NCBI GenBank assembly: GCA_963819655.1
Contig: CAWFXA010000002.1
Location: forward strand, 1,152,001 to 1,216,000
Reading direction: 5' to 3'
Source of the DNA: an uncultured Chloroflexia bacterium
GTDB taxonomy: Bacteria > Chloroflexota > Limnocylindria > Limnocylindrales > CSP1-4
DNA: 64,000 bases
Shown here: positions 25,262 to 35,068 of the stretch, piece by piece
How positions within the stretch are numbered: position 1 is the first letter of the stretch
How the letters are laid out: each line of letters begins with the position of its first letter
Notes under the pieces: model-generated
The model's input: the letters and a program-made list of their open reading frames with translations, nothing else
Databases searched by the model: none
Told to the model about the DNA's origin: nothing
Position numbers and translations under genes: made by a program

Positions 25262-26893
25262 TCAGGCCCGGTCGGCGACCGGCGTCGGCGTCTCGGTGAC
25301 AGCCCACTTCCGGATCGGATCGCGCTTGATCTTGAGGGTATGGGTCCGCGGGAAGTCCTCGTCAGGCCATCGCCGCCAGCCGGCGATCCGCTGGTTGGGG
25401 CCCAGCGCAGCGTTGGCGGCCTTGACCGCCACCTCGATGCGAGCTTTCGTCGCGGGCACGTCCTCGCCTTCGAGCGCGAGCACCACCGCCTCGATCCGCC
25501 CCGGCGCGGTCTCGACGACCACGGCGTCGCGCACGTCGGCGATCCGGAGCGCGTTCTCGATGTCCTCCGGGTACACGTTGAAGCCGTTGGGCAGCACGAT
25601 CATGTCCTTGATCCGGCCGCTGAGGATGAGCCTGCCTTCGGAGTCGTAGCGGCCGAGGTCGCCGGTCCGGTACCAGCCGTCGTCCGTGAACGCCTGGGCC
25701 GTCAGCTCCGGAGCGTTCCAGTACCCCTTGAACACCGACCGACCGCGGAACTGGATCTCGCCATCCGGTGCGATGCGCATCTCGATCCCCTCGGGCACGC
25801 GGCCGACGGTGCCTGGCTCATGGTCCGCGAGCGTCCCGCACGCGCCGGTGCCGGTCTCGGTCGTGCCGTAGCCCTGCAGGACCGTGACGCCGATGTCCTC
25901 CCACGCCCCCTGGAGCGCCGGCGGCAGGAACGCCCCGGACGACAGGAACAGGCGGAAGTGGCCGCCAAGCTGTTGGTGGATGCTGCGGAACAGGACTCGC
26001 CGGATCGCGAACGGCAACCGACGCGCGATACCCCGGAGCCGTTCCACCGTCGCTGTCCGGCCGCGCTTGGCGATCTCACGCTCGATGGCGCTCCAGAACA
26101 GGTCGAGAACCTGCGGCACCACGACCATGCTGGTGACCCGATGGTCGCGCAGGGCATCGAAGATGACCCGCGGGTTCCGGCTCCGGACATAGAGCACGTC
26201 AGCGCCGACATCGAGCGCGTAGTACAGCGCGACCGCCTGTTCGAGCAGGTGCGACAGGGGGAGCAGCGAGACGATCCGGTGCTCCATCGGCGGCACGATC
26301 CGGTGGAACGACTCGATCGAAGCCACGACGTTGTCGTGTGCCAGCCGGACGCCCTTGGGCGTGCCCGTCGTGCCGCTCGTGAACACGAGCTCGAAGAGAT
26401 CATCGGCCGCAGGGCGCTTCCAGGCCGCCTGGCGGGCCTCCCAGTCGACCGGGAATGCCGGGTCGTCCGCGGCCGGTTCGGCCGTCAGTACGTCAACCGT
26501 CGTGGTCGGGAAATCGGCCAGACCGGCTTCGCGCGGATCGGGGGCATCACGCCCGGTCCCGAGCACGAGGTGACGGGCACCCGACGCTCGGACGATCGTG
26601 TCGATCGCGTCGCTGGACATCCGCAGATCGAGCGGGACGATGACGAGCCGGGCGTGCATCGCGCCGAAATAGGCGGCGGGTAGCTCGGGCGTCGACGGGC
26701 TCCAGGTCAGGATCCGGTCACCCGGCTCCAGGTCGAGAGCGCGCAGCCGCCAGGCGGCGATCCGCGACCGTCGATCGAGATCCCGGTAGGTCCAGGTCGT
26801 GGTCGATCCGTCGTCATGGCGCACGCCCAGCGCCGGCCGGTCGCCGTAGCGCGCCACGGCAGTCTCGAGCAGGTCGATCAGGGTTCGCGACAA
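25262..26893 (-). CDS. long-chain acyl-CoA synthetase-like AMP-binding enzyme
   Basis: FTSGTTGTPKG, LPLSH, QGYGTTE, WYRTGDLG, GRIKD, FPRTHTLK. Confidence 0.88.
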   Translation of the reverse strand: MSRTLIDLLETAVARYGDRPALGVRHDDGSTTTWTYRDLDRRSRIAAWRLRALDLEPGDRILTWSPSTPELPAAYFGAMHARLVIVPLDLRMSSDAIDTIVRASGARHLVLGTGRDAPDPREAGLADFPTTTVDVLTAEPAADDPAFPVDWEARQAAWKRPAADDLFELVFTSGTTGTPKGVRLAHDNVVASIESFHRIVPPMEHRIVSLLPLSHLLEQAVALYYALDVGADVLYVRSRNPRVIFDALRDHRVTSMVVVPQVLDLFWSAIEREIAKRGRTATVERLRGIARRLPFAIRRVLFRSIHQQLGGHFRLFLSSGAFLPPALQGAWEDIGVTVLQGYGTTETGTGACGTLADHEPGTVGRVPEGIEMRIAPDGEIQFRGRSVFKGYWNAPELTAQAFTDDGWYRTGDLGRYDSEGRLILSGRIKDMIVLPNGFNVYPEDIENALRIADVRDAVVVETAPGRIEAVVLALEGEDVPATKARIEVAVKAANAALGPNQRIAGWRRWPDEDFPRTHTLKIKRDPIRKWAVTETPTPVADRA

Positions 26894-27026
26894 GGGCGTA
26901 CCTCGGGCGTGACGGGTCGTCGCATCCTACGACGCGCGAGTCGATCCATCGTTTGCCGATCGGTCTTGCGCTCGCGATCGCACCGGAGGCTGCCACCGGC
27001 GACGCCTACTCGCTAGGATCGGTGCG

Positions 27027-27842
27027 ATGCACCCGATCCTGGTCGAGCTCGGTCCCTGGCGCATCCTGACCCATGACGCCTTCACCGTGCTCGCCCTGGC
27101 CGTCGGCCTGGCGCTTTACTACCGCGACCTCCGTCGCCGGGGCTGGCTCGACCCGACGATCGTCGCGATCTCCGTCGCCGCGATCGCGGGCGCGTTGATC
27201 GGCGCGCGGCTGATCACGGCGTGGGAGCACCTCGAGTACTACGCGGCGATGGACGGCATGCCCCTGACGGCCGCCATCGAGCACAGCGGCAAGAGCCTCA
27301 TCGGAGCGCTCGCCGGCGGGTACGTGGCGACCGCCCTGGCCAAGCGGGCGGCCGGCTACACACGCTCGACCGGGGACGCCTACCTGCTGGCGATCCCCGT
27401 GGCGACTGCCATCGGTCGACTCGGATGCTTCCTGTCCGAGTTGCCGCTCGGCACCCCGACTGACCTCCCGTGGGGGATGACCGTGTCGGCCGAGGCGGCC
27501 GCGGCCTTCGCCCGCTGCCCGGGCTGCGACCTGCCGATGCACCCATCGATGCTGTATGAGATCGGCTTCAACGTCATGGCGGCACTGGTCATCGTGCAGT
27601 ACCGCGATCGCGTCACCGTCCCGGGCGACGGGCTTCGGTTGTATCTGCTCGCCGCCGCGATCTTCCGGTTCCTCGTCGAGTTCGTCCGCGGGAACGAACC
27701 CCAGGCGCTCGGGTTGACCGGACCGCAGTGGGTCCTGATCCCGCTCATCGGGCTGCTCATCGTCCATTTCGTGCGCCAATGGCGGCGCGGCGCCTATGCC
27801 GTCCCGCCGGCGCCCGTCCCCATCCCGCTCGGAGGGACCTAG
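27027..27842 (+). CDS. atypical prolipoprotein diacylglyceryl transferase (Lgt) family protein
   Basis: GARL, GRLGCFL, HPSMLYE, RFLVEFVR; the usual FHGG motif is replaced by LIGA. Confidence 0.8.
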   Translation: MHPILVELGPWRILTHDAFTVLALAVGLALYYRDLRRRGWLDPTIVAISVAAIAGALIGARLITAWEHLEYYAAMDGMPLTAAIEHSGKSLIGALAGGYVATALAKRAAGYTRSTGDAYLLAIPVATAIGRLGCFLSELPLGTPTDLPWGMTVSAEAAAAFARCPGCDLPMHPSMLYEIGFNVMAALVIVQYRDRVTVPGDGLRLYLLAAAIFRFLVEFVRGNEPQALGLTGPQWVLIPLIGLLIVHFVRQWRRGAYAVPPAPVPIPLGGT

Positions 27843-27845
27843 ACC

Positions 27846-28340
27846 GTGACCGAGGAACGAGGCCCGACCGTCCCAGCCGTCGACGAGGACCGGATCGGGG
27901 TCCTGGCCGCCTACGTCCAGACGAACCGCGATCGATTCACCGACGAGGCCCTGCGCGAGGCGGCGCGGACCGCCGGCTACACCGACGCCGAGATCGCGGC
28001 CGCGTGGTCCGCGGCTGCCGACCCGAGCAAGTCCATCCCGACCGAGCGTCGAACGAATATCGGTGCGGTCATCGCGATCGCAGTCGGTTTTGCGATCGCC
28101 GTCTACGGCGCGGCCGCGCTCCTCGGCTCGTTGGGGGTGGGCGACATCGCCGCGATCGTCGGGATCGGCCTCGTGCTCGCGGGGATGGTCGGCTGGGTCC
28201 TGCTGCGCGACTCGCGGCCGTCGCTGGCGGCCGGGCTCGGTTGGGGCGTTCTCCTGGCCGTCGGCCTGCCGATCATCATCGTCCTTGGCATCCTCGGGAT
28301 CTGCCTTGTCGGCGCCAGCATCCCGATCGCACCCCAGTGA
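27846..28340 (+). CDS. hypothetical membrane protein (soluble N-domain, 3 TM, C-terminal Cys)
   Basis: 3 nt after the lgt-like stop; hydrophobic segments, the last ending LGILGICL. Confidence 0.65.
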   Translation: MTEERGPTVPAVDEDRIGVLAAYVQTNRDRFTDEALREAARTAGYTDAEIAAAWSAAADPSKSIPTERRTNIGAVIAIAVGFAIAVYGAAALLGSLGVGDIAAIVGIGLVLAGMVGWVLLRDSRPSLAAGLGWGVLLAVGLPIIIVLGILGICLVGASIPIAPQ

Positions 28341-28351
28341 CGGAGGTCGCC

Positions 28352-29920
28352 ATGCTCGCTCTGCGCCCGTATCTCCCGCTGCGCATGGTGCTGACGGTCT
28401 GCGGCCACTGCTTCAGCGAGGACCCCGATCGCGACATCGACTATGAGACCGACATCCTGCAGGGCAACCTCGTCGCCATGGACGGTGCGGTCTACCTGCG
28501 ACGGACGTGCCGGCGTGGCCATGGCGAGGTCATGAGCCTGTACGAGGAGGATCACGGACGGTGGGAATACCTCCAGCAATGGCGCACCCCGACGCGCGAG
28601 ATCATCCCGGACACCATCGGCAACGCCGCGCCGATCCCGATGGGCTATGCCGACGGGCTGGGCGATCTCCAGACCCAGCACTCGTGCGTGCTCCTGCTGG
28701 ACATCACCGAGAACTGCAATCTCGAATGCCCGACGTGTTTCGCCGCCGCCGCTCCCGGCATCGGCCGTTTCGCCCGGCTGCCGCACATCCTCCGATCGCT
28801 CGATGCCTCGGTACTGCGCGAAGGCGGCCGGATCGACGTGCTGATGCTGTCGGGCGGGGAGCCGACGGTCCATCCCGAGGTGCTCGAGATCATCGAAGCC
28901 GCGACCGAGCGGAATGTCACGCGCGTGATCCTCAATACGAACGGCATCCGGATCGCGAAGGACGACCGGTTCGTGGCCGCGCTGGGACGGCTCCGCGGCC
29001 GGGTCGAGGTCTATCTCCAGTTCGACGGCTTCGAGCTGGAATCACACCTGTACCACCGGGGCGAAGACCTTCGTGACATCAAGGCGGAGGCGCTCCGGCG
29101 TCTTGCCGCGGAACGGGTCTTCACGACGCTGGCCGTCGCCGTCGCGGAGGGCGTCAACGACCGCGAGGTCGGCGCGATCGCCGACTTCGCCCTTGGCACC
29201 GACTACATCGCCGGGGTCGCCTTTCAGCCGGTCTTCGGGTCGGGCCGGATGAGTCCGATCGACCCGATGCGTCGAGTCACGACAACGGGGACCCTCAACA
29301 GGCTCGGCGAGCAGACGGCCGATCGCGTCGGGCCGGACGATTTCATCGCCTTGCCGTGCTCCCACCCCGATTGTTCGTCGATCACCTATTTCATCCAGGG
29401 CGATAGCGGCGAGTGGCGCTCCGTGCCGCGCATGCTCGGGGAAGATCGCTTGAAGGAGTATCTCGGGCTGGTGTCGAACCGGATCGCCCCGGACGACGCG
29501 ATGTGGGCGGCGCTCGTCGGGATGATGTCCGAGACCACGCTCGTGTCCCGACCCGAGCTGGTGGACCACCTCCTCCGGGTCTGCGAGGCGTGCGATCTCG
29601 GCGTGACGGGCTTCGTGAAGTCGCTCGGTCGGTGGCTGTTCGATCGAGAGGCGGCCGTCCAGGAGATCGCTCTACGGGTCAAACGCTTCTCGGTCAAGTC
29701 GTTCATGGATGCCTGGACGCTCAATGTCGAGCGGTTGCAGCAATGCTGCGTCCACGTCGGGTCGACCGACGGCGAGGCCAACCCCGTCCGCGTCCCGTTC
29801 TGCGCCCGCCAGTTGTTCGGCGGGCTGCGCCGGACGACGTCCGCCGGCATGGTGCCGGCGCGCGAGCTGGTGTCGCTCGATGACGTCCGTGCCCGCCGAT
29901 CCGCGGCGGTTCGACCATGA
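28352..29920 (+). CDS. radical SAM enzyme, Tes/GDGT-MAS (MJ0619)-like
   Basis: N-terminal CGHC...CRRGHG; CNLECPTCFA; SGGEPTVHP, NTNGIR, YLQFDG, FQP; C-terminal CSHPDC, FMD, CCVH, VPFC; SD GGAGG. Confidence 0.8.
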   Translation: MLALRPYLPLRMVLTVCGHCFSEDPDRDIDYETDILQGNLVAMDGAVYLRRTCRRGHGEVMSLYEEDHGRWEYLQQWRTPTREIIPDTIGNAAPIPMGYADGLGDLQTQHSCVLLLDITENCNLECPTCFAAAAPGIGRFARLPHILRSLDASVLREGGRIDVLMLSGGEPTVHPEVLEIIEAATERNVTRVILNTNGIRIAKDDRFVAALGRLRGRVEVYLQFDGFELESHLYHRGEDLRDIKAEALRRLAAERVFTTLAVAVAEGVNDREVGAIADFALGTDYIAGVAFQPVFGSGRMSPIDPMRRVTTTGTLNRLGEQTADRVGPDDFIALPCSHPDCSSITYFIQGDSGEWRSVPRMLGEDRLKEYLGLVSNRIAPDDAMWAALVGMMSETTLVSRPELVDHLLRVCEACDLGVTGFVKSLGRWLFDREAAVQEIALRVKRFSVKSFMDAWTLNVERLQQCCVHVGSTDGEANPVRVPFCARQLFGGLRRTTSAGMVPARELVSLDDVRARRSAAVRP

Positions 29921-30243
29921 GCGCGGCACCCGCAGGGACGGTCGGGCCTGCCACGTACGTCCGACCGCCACTGTCCCAGCCGGAGAAATACGAGCGCATG
30001 GCGTTCACGTTCTGCCGGATGGGGACGGTCGGCTTGATCGCCTGGGTCGTGACGCCGGCCGTCTTCGTCCTGGTCGTGGCGGTCGTCGCGATCGCTTTCT
30101 ACGCGAAGTCGATCACGCTGGGCGTGTCGTGGAGCAAGTGTTTCCTGCGTCGGCCGACCCTGATCATCGGAGTCTGGGCCGCGATCGCGATCGCCGACCT
30201 GGTCTGGCTGTTCGTCCTGGGACAACGCTGGCCGGTGGGGTGA
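29917..30243 (+). CDS. small membrane protein coupled to the radical SAM gene
   Basis: ATGA overlap; 2-3 TM; two Cys (FTFCRM, SKCFLRR). Confidence 0.65.
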   Translation: MSAAPAGTVGPATYVRPPLSQPEKYERMAFTFCRMGTVGLIAWVVTPAVFVLVVAVVAIAFYAKSITLGVSWSKCFLRRPTLIIGVWAAIAIADLVWLFVLGQRWPVG

Positions 30244-30274
30244 GCCCGCGGCGGCGAAGGGGAGGTCGACCGGT

Positions 30275-30739
30275 CTAGGAGTCCATCGACCGCAGGCGTG
30301 CCCGGTGCCGGTCGGTCAGATCCCGCATGGCGCGGAGCTGGTCGCGCATCGCCGCGAGCTGGGTGAGCGTGAGACCGTCCAGGATCGGCTCTCCGTCCGC
30401 GACGAGTGGCCCGTAGAGGGCGCCGACGCGTTGCAGGCCATTCTCCGTGAGCTCGACGAAGACCTGCCGGCGGTCGCGATCGTGGCGTCGTCGCCGCACG
30501 AAGTCCTTGCGCTCGAGGCGGTCGATCATCGACGTGGTGGCCGCGGCAGACAGCCCGGTCGCCTCAGCGAGCCGCGTCGCCGTCATCGGTCCCTCGGTGA
30601 GCCAGTCGAGGCAGCGCAGGTCGGTGGGGTTGAGCCCCAGGACGTGGCCGACTTCGTCATCGAACGCTTGCGTACTGCGCTGGTACGCCTGCAGCGCCCG
30701 ACCGACCTCGGTGATGAGCGGTTGACGTTTCGGGGGCAT
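30275..30739 (-). CDS. MarR-family regulator
   Basis: LGLNPTDLRCL, TTSMIDRLERK, DRDRRQVFV. Confidence 0.88.
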   Translation of the reverse strand: MPPKRQPLITEVGRALQAYQRSTQAFDDEVGHVLGLNPTDLRCLDWLTEGPMTATRLAEATGLSAAATTSMIDRLERKDFVRRRRHDRDRRQVFVELTENGLQRVGALYGPLVADGEPILDGLTLTQLAAMRDQLRAMRDLTDRHRARLRSMDS

Positions 30740-30750
30740 CCATCATATCC

Positions 30751-30763
30751 TTCGACTATCGAA
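30751..30763. promoter_or_regulatory. candidate MarR operator
   Basis: Inverted repeat TTCGA-cta-TCGAA in the AT-rich divergent intergenic region. Confidence 0.45.
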
Positions 30764-30811
30764 AGGTCAGATATACGAACCATACCAAAGTCGTAAGGAA
30801 GGATAGCATTG

Positions 30812-32032
30812 ATGGAAGCACTCATCGTCGGAGCGGGCGTGGCCGGTCCAGTCACCGCCATGGCGCTCCACAAGGCCGGCATCGGCGCACGGATCGTGGA
30901 GGCTCATGAGGCCGACGGTGGCGACGTCGGTTCGTACTTCACCGTCTCGCCGAACGGACTTGACGCAGTGGACGCGATCGATGCCCTCCCGGTCGCCATC
31001 CGCGAAAGTTTCCCGACGCGGCGCAACGTCATGCGCGGCAGCTCGGGCCGAGTGCTCGGCGAGATCCCGCTCGGGACGCCGCTCGCCGACGGCACCCCGG
31101 CACTCACGATGAAGCGGACGCGCCTTGCGCGGCGCCTCGCCGACGAGGCCACGCGGCGGGGCATCGCGATCGACTACGGGCACCGGCTCCGCGACGCGAC
31201 CCGGGTCGGCGACCGGATCGTCGCCACCTTCGACGACGGTTCGACGGTGACCGCCGACCTGCTCATCGGTGCGGACGGCGTCCACTCTGTCGTTCGGAGC
31301 CTGATCGACCCGTTCGCTCCGAGTGGCCGTTACGTCGGCCTGACGAACTTCGGCGGGATCACCCCGGCAGGCGCTGTGTCCGAGCCGGGCCTCGAGCCCG
31401 AATCGTGGCAGTTCATGTTCGGTCGTGGCGCGTTCTTCGGCGCGCACCTGGTCCCGGGCGGTGATGTCGTGTGGTTCGTCAACGCGCCGCGCGACGCGAT
31501 CGATCGCGAGGAACGCGACAGCACGACCGACGAAACGTGGAAGGCCTGGCTGGCCTCCCTGGTCGACGATGATGCCGGACCCGCCGCCGACCTTATCCGG
31601 TCGGGGCGCCTCGAGCTCGCCGGCGACAGCACCTATGACCTGGGCCACGTGCCCGTGTGGCATCGGGACCGGATGATCGTGATCGGCGACGCCGCACATG
31701 CGCCCGCCCCGAGCTCCGGGCAGGGGGCGTCGATGGCGATGGAAGACGGCGTCCTCCTCGCGATGGCGCTGCGAGACGCGCCGTCGATCGAGGCCGCATT
31801 CGCCGCCTACGAGGGGACCCGCCGGGAACGGGTGGAGCGGATCGTGGCCTACGGTGCACGCAGCAGCGATTCGAAGATCCCGGGCAAGGTCGGACGGATC
31901 GCGCGTGACGCGTTCATGCGGCTGGCATTCCGCTTCTTCGTCACCGAGCGGCAGCTGGCGTGGATGTACGGCCATCGGATCGATTGGGACGCCTCGGTCG
32001 CACCCGCGTCTGACCCGCTTCCGGCTGTTTGA
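30812..32032 (+). CDS. FAD-dependent monooxygenase
   Basis: [21 protein letters not shown]...[11 protein letters not shown]. Confidence 0.88.
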   Translation: MEALIVGAGVAGPVTAMALHKAGIGARIVEAHEADGGDVGSYFTVSPNGLDAVDAIDALPVAIRESFPTRRNVMRGSSGRVLGEIPLGTPLADGTPALTMKRTRLARRLADEATRRGIAIDYGHRLRDATRVGDRIVATFDDGSTVTADLLIGADGVHSVVRSLIDPFAPSGRYVGLTNFGGITPAGAVSEPGLEPESWQFMFGRGAFFGAHLVPGGDVVWFVNAPRDAIDREERDSTTDETWKAWLASLVDDDAGPAADLIRSGRLELAGDSTYDLGHVPVWHRDRMIVIGDAAHAPAPSSGQGASMAMEDGVLLAMALRDAPSIEAAFAAYEGTRRERVERIVAYGARSSDSKIPGKVGRIARDAFMRLAFRFFVTERQLAWMYGHRIDWDASVAPASDPLPAV

Positions 32033-32160
32033 CCGACCCCGACCCCTCGGGTAGACTCCGGCGGCTCTGGCGGCCCAGAACGTCGAGCGCGTATCCCGGT
32101 CGGTCGGCCGCGCACCGGATACGAGAGCACGAGACCCAGGTCGGAGGAGGTGAACACCGA

Positions 32161-32346
32161 TTGGCTGAAGTCCGAGTGGGGGAGAACGAGACGTTCGAAA
32201 GCGCCCTGCGCCGCTTCAACAAGAAGATCCAGCAGAGCGGCATCCTCGCCGAGGCTCGCCGCCGCGAGCATTACGAGAAGCCCTCTGTGAAGCGCAAGCG
32301 CAAGGAAGCGAAGCGCAAGAAGAACGCCCGAACGCAGGCCGGCTGA
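32161..32346 (+). CDS. rpsU: 30S ribosomal protein S21
   Basis: [25 protein letters not shown]; TTG after GGAGGAGGTG. Confidence 0.95.
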   Translation: MAEVRVGENETFESALRRFNKKIQQSGILAEARRREHYEKPSVKRKRKEAKRKKNARTQAG

Positions 32347-32420
32347 GCGGAGACCATCCGCCGCCGGAATTCCTGCGGCCCCACGGGCGTCTCGCACGAC
32401 CGCCCGAGGTAGCCATCCCG

Positions 32421-32900
32421 GTGTCCCTTCGAGATCGAGTCCAGAACGACATCACCGCCGCGATGCGCGGGGGTGATTCGCTGCGCCGTGACGTCCTGCG
32501 GATGGCCGCGAATGCCGCATACAACCTCGAGAAGCGCAACCAGAAGCCGCTCACCGAGGACGAGTTCCTGGCGGTCCTGACCCGCGAGGTCAAGACGCGT
32601 CGCGAGTCGATCGACGCATATGAGAAGGGCGGTCGGGCAGACCTCGCGTCGAAGGAACAGGCGGAGGTCGACATCCTCAGCGAGTACCTGCCGCAGCCTC
32701 TCAGCGAGGCAGACATCGGCGCGCTGGTCGACGAGGCGATCGCCGCGACAGGGGCATCGAGCGCCCGGGACATGGGCAAGGTCATGGGCTGGCTCGCTCC
32801 GCGGACCCGCGGCCGCGCGGATGGCAAGGTCGTCAGTGGCCTGGTCGCGAGCGCGCTCGCCCGCGCCGACCTCGCCGTCCACGATGGCGGGACGCACTGA
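32421..32900 (+). CDS. GatB/YqeY domain protein
   Basis: KTRRESID, YLPQPLS, DMGKVMG, GRADG; follows rpsU. Confidence 0.9.
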   Translation: MSLRDRVQNDITAAMRGGDSLRRDVLRMAANAAYNLEKRNQKPLTEDEFLAVLTREVKTRRESIDAYEKGGRADLASKEQAEVDILSEYLPQPLSEADIGALVDEAIAATGASSARDMGKVMGWLAPRTRGRADGKVVSGLVASALARADLAVHDGGTH

Positions 32901-35068
32901 TGTTGACCCAGCGCGCCCCGGTCCTGGCCCGGTTCACGCGCAGCGATGCGATGCGCCTCGGGATCGCAGCGACGAGCCTCATCGTGGCCATGACGGCGAT
33001 CCTCGCCTTCGACATCCCGGCTGACCCCGTTCGCTACGAGCTCGGCGAGGTGGTCCGCGAGGACGTCACGGCACCGAAGGCGGTGTCGTTCGAGAGCCAG
33101 ACCCTCACCGAGGAGGCCCGCGCCGAAGCGCGCGCGGCCATCCCGCCCCAATACGACTTCACGGCCGATAACGCGATCGCCATCGCCAACGAAGCGGCGG
33201 CCGCCTTCACCGAGCGCGTTCGGCGCGTCGACACGGCGTTCGCGACCGACCTGACACCGGAGGAGCGCACCGCGCTGCTCGAGACGGCGATCGCCGGACT
33301 GAGCGAGACGTCGCAGGCCACCCTGCTCGCGATCGACGCGCCCCGCTGGGCGGCGGTCCGGACCGAGGCCGCGCGCGTCCTCGATGCCACGCTGCGCACG
33401 GAGCTGCGCGACACTCAGGTGGCCCCGACCCGGGCGACGATCGGGAGCCGGCTTGGTGGGGACCTCGACGAGGCCGAGCGGATGCTGGCGGCCGAGATCA
33501 TCGCGCCGCTCATCGTCCCGAACTCGTCGTTCGATCAGACCCTGACCGACCAGGCACGCGACCGCGCTGCCGAGAGCGTCCAGCCGGTCACGGTGCAGAT
33601 CGCGCAGGGCCAGGTGGTCGTGCGGAACGGGGAGCCGCTCACGGCCGCCGATCTCGAGGCCATCCAGGCGCTCGGGCTGGGCGAGGACGCGCCACTCGAC
33701 CTCGCCACGATCGCCGGCTGGTTCCTGCTGGCGGTGCTGACCGTGGCGATGCTGCTGGCCTGGATCTGGCGCTTCCGACCGACGCTCTGGCACCGCGACA
33801 ACGTGTTGCTGCTGGTCGGACTCCTCCTCGTCGGTACGACCCTCGCCCTCAAGGTGACGGCCGGTCGCGAGGTCCTCGGCTACTTCCTGCCGACGGCCGC
33901 GATCGGGATGCTGCTCGCGATCCTGCTCGACGCTTCGATCGCGACGATCGTGATCGGCATCATCGCTGTGATCGGTGGAGCGCTGGCCGGCACATCGCTC
34001 GAGTACGCGAGCTACATTTTCCTCGGCGGCCTGGCCGGGATCGTCGCGGTCCGCAAGGGCGACCGACTCCAGGTGTTCGTCCAGGCGGCGATCGCCGTCT
34101 TCGTCGTCAATGCCCTCGTCGTGTCGGTCTTCTCGTTGCTCGGGACGACCGACATCCGCGGTGTCCTGGAACTGTGGTTCGCATCGTTCGTGTCCGCGGC
34201 CGGCTCGTCCGTCGCGGCGGTCGGCACGTTCGCGGTCCTTGGCTCGGCGTTCGGGATCCTGACCGTGTTCCAGCTGCTCGAGCTAGCGAACCCGTCGCAA
34301 CCATTGCTGCGACGGCTCCTCGTCGAGACGCCCGGGACCTATCACCACTCGCTGATGGTCGGGAACCTCGCGGAACGAGCTGCCGAAGCGATCGGTGCGG
34401 ACCCGCTGGTGACCCGTGTCGCCGCCTACTACCACGACGTCGGCAAGCTCGCGAACCCACTCGCGTTCATCGAGAACCAGGCCGGCGCCGAGAACATCCA
34501 CGACCAGCTCGAGCCCGAAGTCAGCGCCCAGATCCTCAAGCAGCACGTCGCGGACGGCATCGACGCCGCGTACGCGGCGAGACTGCCCAAGGCGCTGATC
34601 GCCTACATCCCGCAGCACCACGGCACGGCGGTCATGAGCTACTTCTACGCGCGCGCCCGAGAACGCGCGGCTGAGCCGTACGGAGGACTGAACACCAAAG
34701 AGGGCGCTGCTGCGGCCGCGGCTGTCGACGAACGGAAGTTCCGACACGCCGGCCCGAAGCCGCAGACCCGCGAGGCGGCCCTGATCATGCTCGCCGACAG
34801 CGTCGAAGCCTCGGTCCGATCGCTTGCGTCGCGGGAGGAACCGGCGATCCGGGCGATGGTCGGGCGGATCATCGACGAGCGCATCGCGGACGGTCAGTTC
34901 GACGAATGCGAGATCACGCTGCGCGACCTCGAGCGGATCAAGAACGCGTTCGTCGAGCAGCTGCTCGGCATGTACCACACGCGGATCGCGTACCCGCAGA
35001 ACACGGTCGTGGAGCTGGAGTCGCGCCGCGCGGCCGCCGGCGCCGGGGGCGACCGACCCGCGTCGTGA
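32900..35068 (+). CDS. 7TM-HD phosphohydrolase (PgpH/YqfF-like)
   Basis: Extracellular domain, 7 TM, PGTYHHSL, YYHDVGK, QHHGT, MLADSVEA. Confidence 0.88.
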   Translation: MLTQRAPVLARFTRSDAMRLGIAATSLIVAMTAILAFDIPADPVRYELGEVVREDVTAPKAVSFESQTLTEEARAEARAAIPPQYDFTADNAIAIANEAAAAFTERVRRVDTAFATDLTPEERTALLETAIAGLSETSQATLLAIDAPRWAAVRTEAARVLDATLRTELRDTQVAPTRATIGSRLGGDLDEAERMLAAEIIAPLIVPNSSFDQTLTDQARDRAAESVQPVTVQIAQGQVVVRNGEPLTAADLEAIQALGLGEDAPLDLATIAGWFLLAVLTVAMLLAWIWRFRPTLWHRDNVLLLVGLLLVGTTLALKVTAGREVLGYFLPTAAIGMLLAILLDASIATIVIGIIAVIGGALAGTSLEYASYIFLGGLAGIVAVRKGDRLQVFVQAAIAVFVVNALVVSVFSLLGTTDIRGVLELWFASFVSAAGSSVAAVGTFAVLGSAFGILTVFQLLELANPSQPLLRRLLVETPGTYHHSLMVGNLAERAAEAIGADPLVTRVAAYYHDVGKLANPLAFIENQAGAENIHDQLEPEVSAQILKQHVADGIDAAYAARLPKALIAYIPQHHGTAVMSYFYARARERAAEPYGGLNTKEGAAAAAAVDERKFRHAGPKPQTREAALIMLADSVEASVRSLASREEPAIRAMVGRIIDERIADGQFDECEITLRDLERIKNAFVEQLLGMYHTRIAYPQNTVVELESRRAAAGAGGDRPAS

